30,026 nucleotides of DNA from Ginkgo biloba (Eukaryota; Plantae; Ginkgophyta). The position numbers were made by a program, and so were the translations under genes. Shown one piece after another: positions 23,153-30,026 of the stretch (positions within the stretch are counted from its first letter, which is position 1; each line of letters starts with the position of its first letter). Under the pieces are notes generated by a model that made no database searches, was not told where the DNA came from, and saw only the letters and a program-made list of their open reading frames with translations. The stretch lies in assembly GCA_024626585.2 (NCBI GenBank), contig JANKJI020000002.1:174052464-174082489 (forward strand), read 5' to 3'.

Positions 23153-25899
23153 GACTTGTCTCTTTTTTAGACGATGGCCTCCATTATCTTCCCTTGTACT
23201 CTCTTATTTTTTCTCCAAATATGAGTGTTTATATTTACAAGTATGAATTCTAATTATTTCTAAATTAAGATGAAATAAACAACCCATAAGATGTCCATGT
23301 ATGATATTCCTTTAGTGAAGATCAATATTTTGTTAACTAGAAACCAATTTTTTGGGGAAGAAGATACAAAAGGGAATTGTTATTATCTATTAATATTACA
23401 TTTTATAATGGAATTAATTATCTAACTACTACACTTCCTTCATAGGTATTACATTTACATACTCAGGATTATATCCATAACTCTTCTTTCTCATCACTTA
23501 GCAACAATATCTGCCAACTTCTTAGACAACCTATAATCTATGCTTGTTCCCTAGAAATTTGTTAAAGATAGGATTTTCTTACCTATCTCGTTATTCATGA
23601 TTGAATCCTTTCATGGTTCTTTAGATAGACCTATTTTTTAATCCATTTCTCTAGAGCATATTCCACTATGATACCACCTACAACCCTTTCCTTCTTACTC
23701 TTTATTATTTACTATCACTTCCACCAATAGTGCACTTATACAATTTGAAAAAAAAGTGCCACTACCTTCTGTAAGATGTTAGATTTCTAGGAGTAATGTT
23801 TCCATTTAATTGTTTCTTATTGTTGAGATAATAATAAGTATCTTTCTATCCACGTTATCACTAACCTAGTTTCCTTTACCAGTTGCTTATTCTTATGGTA
23901 ATTTTTAGTAAGTTATCCCTACACTTTGTCATAATAAGCCTTTAAGAAAAAATTCCTTACAATCAATTGAATTAAGTAATGAAATATGATTTAATACATG
24001 TCCAACCAAATAATTATGAAGTTTCACTAACAAACCTTTCAATATCTTGTCTTCACTTTTCTAGAAAACTCATTCAACTTGCTACCCTACATTAGCTAAG
24101 AATGTTTATGGGTCTTCCCCGTAGATCTTACATACCATAAATTATATTCTTTATTTTAGTAAACAACTTGGATCAATCCCATTACCACCCTAAGACCCAT
24201 GGGTTATAACCTCTTATAATGTTTCCAATGAGTCATATCCCTTCCAACCTAAATTATCAAAAGAGAAATTAATTCATAACATAATAAGAGAACAAGTATA
24301 AACAACTAACCAAGCCTTTTTCTATAAGGAATTTTTAGTCCATACCTAAATTTTTAGATCTAATAAAATCCTTATTACATAGGCATGATTTCCTTCACTT
24401 ATAATTAAACTAATTGATAATATATTAAACTCTTCTCCAAATCCTTATATACATGCCACCATCTTAATAATGAATAATAATACTCACTAAGTAGTTATGA
24501 TAGTGTCATGGACCTACTAGAATCTTAAAATGCTTTAATGAATATGACTATACCTACTCCTTAGACCAATATTTATAATTATTCCCCCTTAACTAAGTAG
24601 TTACTCTCATTGTTGAATTATTATGGGTCCTCCTATTCCTTTAGAGGCTAACCTTTTAGGTGAACTTACTATCAACCCTTTGGATTACTAAGCCTCCTTT
24701 ATGGAGTTGATTTGATTTCCAAATCTCTTTACTCTCTTTATCATCTCTCCACTTTATCTATATAAGAGATATGTATTTTACCTTATTAAATCCTTATCAA
24801 TGACATACAATAATTCCATTGACTATATCCTTATTCCATTAGGAACCCAACATCTAATTTTCTAATGATAAGCCTTATGACTTATCTCTATGCCCTTGAT
24901 ACACTACTCTCTTATACCATTAGGAACCTAATACCATTTCTTCCTTACGAATATTATTCTCCTTCATTTGAGGATTCTTTCACTTTTTGATAATTGCTAT
25001 TCATTTTCCTCCATGGGGCTTCCCTTCACTAATCGTTATAACAATATTTCACTGTGTATTTTCTCTAGTTTTAGCTATAACTTCTACTGAATTCATGCAC
25101 TTCATTATTCCATATTTACACTAATTATCATCTAGGATAATCTTTCATAATATGTATTTATATTGGAATATATAAGGATAATCCACACCTCAAATCCAAA
25201 AATATCATGTGTAATAATAAAAACTTTTAATAAATTAAATGTAAAACCAAATAATTACCTTTTGTAGGTTATGTTCTCCTCCTCATTATTATAATCTATT
25301 ATATATTTATAATCTTGAATATATTGAGAGAAATTCCCCCACTTTGTGAATATCATTAACATTATATTTCATGGATGTAATGCCTTTTCAACTCTAATTT
25401 CATGAGGAATAAATTGGAAGATTACTCTAAAATTTCAAGGATATATGACTAAAAATATTTGTTTATCTCCATAAGTAATACGTTTAAGTACCTCATAGGA
25501 TATTATTAATGATTCTCTTCCTTTTGAATGCCTATACTTGTGTATTAACATCCAACCAATACCCTTTATCATCATTTTTTTGTCATTTGGTCCTCTTGGG
25601 ATTTAGCCATAATGTGTTTTCATGATTTTCCCCTATATTTGACAATTATACTAGGTCCAAGATGCTTGGATGTCATTCCAATCCATTAGAAAATCTTTTA
25701 CCCTTTATTGATTTTGAATAAGTAGCCTTTACCTCTTAGAGAGAGGCTTTTACACTCCATAGGCTTTGAATAAGGGACCTTTCACCTTAAACTTGCTTTG
25801 ATAGTAATATATCTTTAGATTATTTTAAATTTTAAACCTACTTTGGTATCTTTTATAATTTTTTCTTGCAGCATGTCAAACTAGAATCTATGATATCAA

Positions 25900-27020
25900 A
25901 ATATGATCTACAACCCACTTGGTACATAATAAAAATAAATTAAAATATAAAAGAAACACCTTCATCGACTACAAGCATATGTATAAAACTATAGTTTCCA
26001 ATTAGAAGCTATCCAACATGGCATATATGTTAAAGAAAACTGAAAAAATCCCTCTTGAATCTAAGAATAGGGGAATTTAACCAACCCGCCATTAAAGTTT
26101 TTAAAAATAAAGTCTTTAAGATCAAGTATGATTAATACAAGGGAAAATAAGAATAAAAATATATTATTTAAATGAAATAGAGAAAAATTCTTCATATATG
26201 TATATATATATATAAACATTAAGATCACCCAAATAGAATTTATTCTATTAGATGAATAATTAAGTTATATCCCACTATGTAGGAGAAATAAAACAAAGAA
26301 GAATAGTGATAGAGATGTTAGGGCTAAAATACCCTAAAAAGTGAAGAATATCCATTAAATTTAATTTTACATTTTATAGTTTGCTTCTTAATGGCAGTTA
26401 CATACAAGAAATTATTGGGATGGAGTAATAGAGGATACATTTTGCCATGAGACCCTTTGTTTCCCCTTATTAAGTTATTTTTAGTCAACTAAATGAAAAA
26501 GATAAAAACACTCTTCATTAAAATTTAACTTTTCCTTCTATGGTGTCTATAAATCTTCAATTATAATGCCATTGATTAGTCTTTGTTCACTACACCACTG
26601 ATTAGTCTTTGATCACTGCACCATTGACTAGTCTATGGTCATAGCATCATCAGTATTCAGTCATAATAATACCATTAATATTCAATTATATCAATACCAT
26701 TGGTCTTTACTCATAATCTCTTTTAATATGCTAGTTGTAATCCATTTTTAAGACTCTGCTTGTAAGGAGAACACTAACACGCCTTTTTTAAGAATACTTT
26801 TAGTAGTTTTTATAAGCTAAATTCTCAAGTCTATAAATTTTGAATACAAACTCTATTTTTCAAAAATAATATATCGTTGCAAATCTCTTGAGTTTACTTT
26901 TTGAATATATAAAATCATACTCCAAAATTTACACAAAAATTGACTACAATCTAACTATCCTAGTTTGTGAAACTTGCACTTTGGTTTCACTCTTTTTAAG
27001 TTATATCTTAGCACAAATCA
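25900..27020 (-). repeat. 5' LTR of G3
   Basis: Direct repeat of ~22026-23152 ending aaatca; contains a ~26-bp array at ~26565-26715 (caccactgattagtctttgatcactg). Confidence 0.85.
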
Positions 27021-27682
27021 ATTATTAATTGTAACCATAAAACTAAATCCATAAAGTTATCAACTTATGGAGCAATAAAGTTATTAATCTATGAAGTATT
27101 CTTCTCTCTACTCTACCTTTTCAAAGAAAGGATATGGTAACTAAGAACTAGTCCTTGGTTATAAGATAAGATCAAATTATTTTAGAATAAGTTCATGCTA
27201 ACCCTATTATGCTCATTAGGCAAATATAATCACTTTTTTAGATCAATTACATGTAAGTGGTTATTTACATTGAGTATGCCATAATATGATGAACATTAAC
27301 CCTTTCATATTAATCCTAAATTAGTGATATATCATATAGAATTATATCATAAAGAAGGTAAATAGGGATATTTAGAAAAGAGTTTCAAAGAGAAGGTAAA
27401 TAGTATATAGTTTAAATATATATGTAATTCTTAGGAGTCTTAAAGTTAAGACTCTATGACTATATTTAAAGTTCTTTGTTCTTAAACACAAACCTCCTTT
27501 TTTCAAATCACGAGGGATGAAAGATATTTAGCTATTATTCAATTAGCATAATATAATCATATTATATCTATATTATTGTTTGTGACTATGGATTTTAGTG
27601 ATATTTAAAATGTACCTAATCATGAGCATCATTTCATTAGAAATTATTTTTTGTATTATCCTTATCTATATTAACATGGCTA

Positions 27683-28695
27683 GGGCCACTTCACACACAT
27701 AGATAAATTAAAGTTAATTAAGGTATCTAAATAAAATAGGTTTCACACATAATTTCGTTAAGAAGGTTTTATTAGTAAATGTTACTCAAATTTATTTGAA
27801 GTTATTTTAAAAAGAGGAAAAGTTAAAGTACATCAAGAGGTATTTTAAGAATTCAATCTCTCTCTCCCTTTAATTAACCTTTAGTGTAAAGCATTTTATT
27901 TGAAGGTATTACAAGTAGTAGTTAGTTGTCTATCTCTCTCAACGATTAACAAAAGGAGTAACAGTAAGAGAGACGAGGAAGTATCTCTAGCACAATAACT
28001 AATCTGAGTGTAACTACACCTGTAAGGATTCTTATCCACTACAGTAATTCCTATATTTTCTTGCATGTTATGCTCTCTTAGTTTTAGAGAGCACATGCAT
28101 TCTTAGTATGTTGATGTCCATACTCCTTTCACTTTTACCCATCCCTAAGTCAAGTTTGATTCAAACAAGATGTGATGGAGGGAAAATATACAGGGATAGA
28201 GATATGGAAGTAGAGACCGAAAAATATTTAAAAAATATATTGCAATTGTGTTTGGATATCCTTGACTGGAGTAAGGATTATTTTATGAATTGTTTGGATA
28301 GGTTACTAAGTGTCCAATCAAAAGCAATTTATATGCAATTAGCACCCTCAATGATTCGAAATGAATGTTTCATTAAGTAATTAGGTCTAGGAGGCATCTC
28401 CTTCACCATCATAAGTAGATCAATCTCCCATCCATAATTATAATGTGGAACAAGGAAAGAAGTCTAGAGAAGGCCACCAAAATGCATCACGTGAAGAGCA
28501 ATAAAAGCCAAAAAAAGAGTGGAAAAAAGAGTAGACAGGATTACAGAAAGTTGTCTATGTGAAATAAGTTATGTTATCTTATTTTGTTTTAGCGTCAATG
28601 CAAAGCTAACTAATAATTAATTTTAATTTAGTTTAAGAGAACTTAATTCATTTTATTCACTTTATTCTAATTTATCTATCTATGTGAAGTGGCCC
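27683..28695. mobile_element. Non-autonomous TIR DNA transposon (PIF/Harbinger-like termini)
   Basis: Left gggccacttcacacacatagataaatta versus reverse complement of right gggccacttcacatagatagataaatta. Flanks are cta| and |taa (TA duplicated). Confidence 0.8.
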
Positions 28696-28971
28696 TAAGA
28701 AGAGATCGAAAACAAACTCTCATAAGTTGGTATGCATTTTATGGAATTTGAAACAAGTTAATGGGAGATTGTAGTAGTTAATCTCCTAGGGTTGAATCCA
28801 CATCCTATAATATACACACACCTCTTTACCCAAGGTTTTTTATAGGTATTAAATTGCCTCTTTACTAGTCTTAAAAAAACTCTCCAGACTAATTTTATTG
28901 TATCCTCCATACAATCCCATACATATAAAGGCAAACCTAGTAGTTCTACCCATACTAGGAAACAATTATTA

Positions 28972-29168
28972 TTCTATGTACAAGCATTAAAATCTCCAAC
29001 TAAGATGACCTCATCCCGAGTGGTGAAGTAAGCGATCTTCGAGTAGAGATCCAAGTATGGGGAATCTCCATTAGTGTCTGGGCCAAACTAAGGAGATGGA
29101 GGGAAGTAGAAGACTGTTGTGTAAATATTTCTCCCTATGAGGTTCTAACTGAGTTGTATTCATAAGAA
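28972..29168. repeat. Direct repeat copy 1 (partner 29831-30026)
   Basis: ttctatgtacaagcattaaa...atccaagtatggggaatctcc...atgaggttctaa...gagttgt is shared; offset ~859 bp across a small gap. Confidence 0.9.
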
Positions 29169-29830
29169 TTTGGAATGAGCATTGGTTGTTGCTAGAGATA
29201 TGAAGGCCTATAAGTGGTTTTGAAAGAGACAAGCTACTTTAACAGAGTCTTGAACACCCCCCCTAATATTCGACTCTCGTGGCAACAAGCTAAGAGCCAT
29301 GAATAACCTGTGATGTAGGGCAAGGGGCACTTAGAGCATTCATGTGTCTTTGTGAAGAAAATGATGTCTTTACCCTTAACTACATCTTAAATTGTGCTTG
29401 GTGAAGACTAGATCATGCCATTACAATTCCAGATAGCCANNNNNNNNNNNNNNNNNNNNNCTCCTTGCTAGTCTCAATGGCTTGACATCACTTGGAGAGA
29501 GGCCAAGGTCAATCCTACCCTAGAGTAGGCTAGTCTCAAATTAGAGTAGAGATGTGGAAGCCTAATAGAGTTGTTAAATTGGCAAGAACATAGTCAACCA
29601 CACTAGCTCCTCCTGCATGGGTGCAACAAGTTTATGCATCGATTTGAAGAAATTTCGCAAGTCCATTCAAAATAAATACATCATGTGACTTATTGAGGCC
29701 CAAAAGGTATTGCCCATATGTGAAGATCACTTGTGAATCAATTGACTGCCTATCTAGGTCAAACTTAGAGTGGTTCGACTAATAAGTGCACAACTTCTCC
29801 TTTGGGACATCATGTATCGGGGTCCACAAT

Positions 29831-30026
29831 TTCTATGTACAAGCATTAAAGTCTCTAATTAAGGTGACCTCACCTCGAGTGGTGAAGCGAGTGATCTTTG
29901 GGTAGAAATCCAAGTATGGGGAATCTCCGCTAGTGTTTAGGGCAAACTAAGAAGAAGATGAAGTAGTACACTGCTATGTAGACATTGCTCCTCATGAGGT
30001 TCTAATTGAGTTGTCTTCATAGGAAT
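29831..30026. repeat. Direct repeat copy 2, truncated by the window end (possible LTR edge at 29813)
   Basis: Matches 28972-29168; preceded by tgtatcggggtccac, which resembles an LTR terminus. Confidence 0.85.

Larger units (their letters stand above)
22026..27020 (-). mobile_element. Non-autonomous LTR retroelement G3 with ~1.1-kb LTRs and a ~2.7-kb internal region
   Basis: Direct repeats ~22026-23152 and ~25900-27020; decayed PBS (tgatatcatag on -) ~25888-25898; PPT-like aaaaaagagacaag on - ~23155-23168; faint gag-like remnants internally. Confidence 0.75.

Noticed and set aside
28062-28099. Hairpin containing agagagcac (miR157/miR535-like 3' end)
   Set aside because: The stem is too short, the arm order is wrong, and the rest of the mature sequence is missing.

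Overview
This is an AT-rich, CpG-depleted eukaryotic window with four N gaps (6501-6600, 7722-7801, 12081-12830, 29440-29460). It is almost certainly from a land plant, and the style of decay suggests a large-genome plant such as a gymnosperm (inference). I find no intact host gene, RNA gene or CRISPR array; the window is layered, decayed transposable elements. (1) The 3' end of a + strand Ty3/gypsy element (integrase, chromodomain-like tail, PPT, 3' LTR) lies at 1-2091. (2) A small non-coding LTR (TRIM-like) element at ~3180-4803 sits between two copies of a ~375-bp flank. (3) An old - strand gypsy element spans ~6860-20974. A younger full-length - strand gypsy (8995-15509, TSD AAACC) inserted into its chromodomain-like coding tail, and its 3' LTR carries two nested small insertions, one a foldback MITE built from a palindromic 16-mer. 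(4) A non-autonomous LTR element with ~1.1-kb LTRs and apparently only gag/protease remnants lies at ~22026-27020. (5) A ~1-kb TIR element lies at 27683-28695. (6) A direct repeat runs off the window end. All retroelement reading frames are broken by stops and frameshifts. I see no convincing novel biological system; the notable observations are structural (nesting, long flank duplication, a tRNA-like module in a retroelement leader, a palindromic array). All alignments were done by eye, so boundaries marked ~ are approximate.
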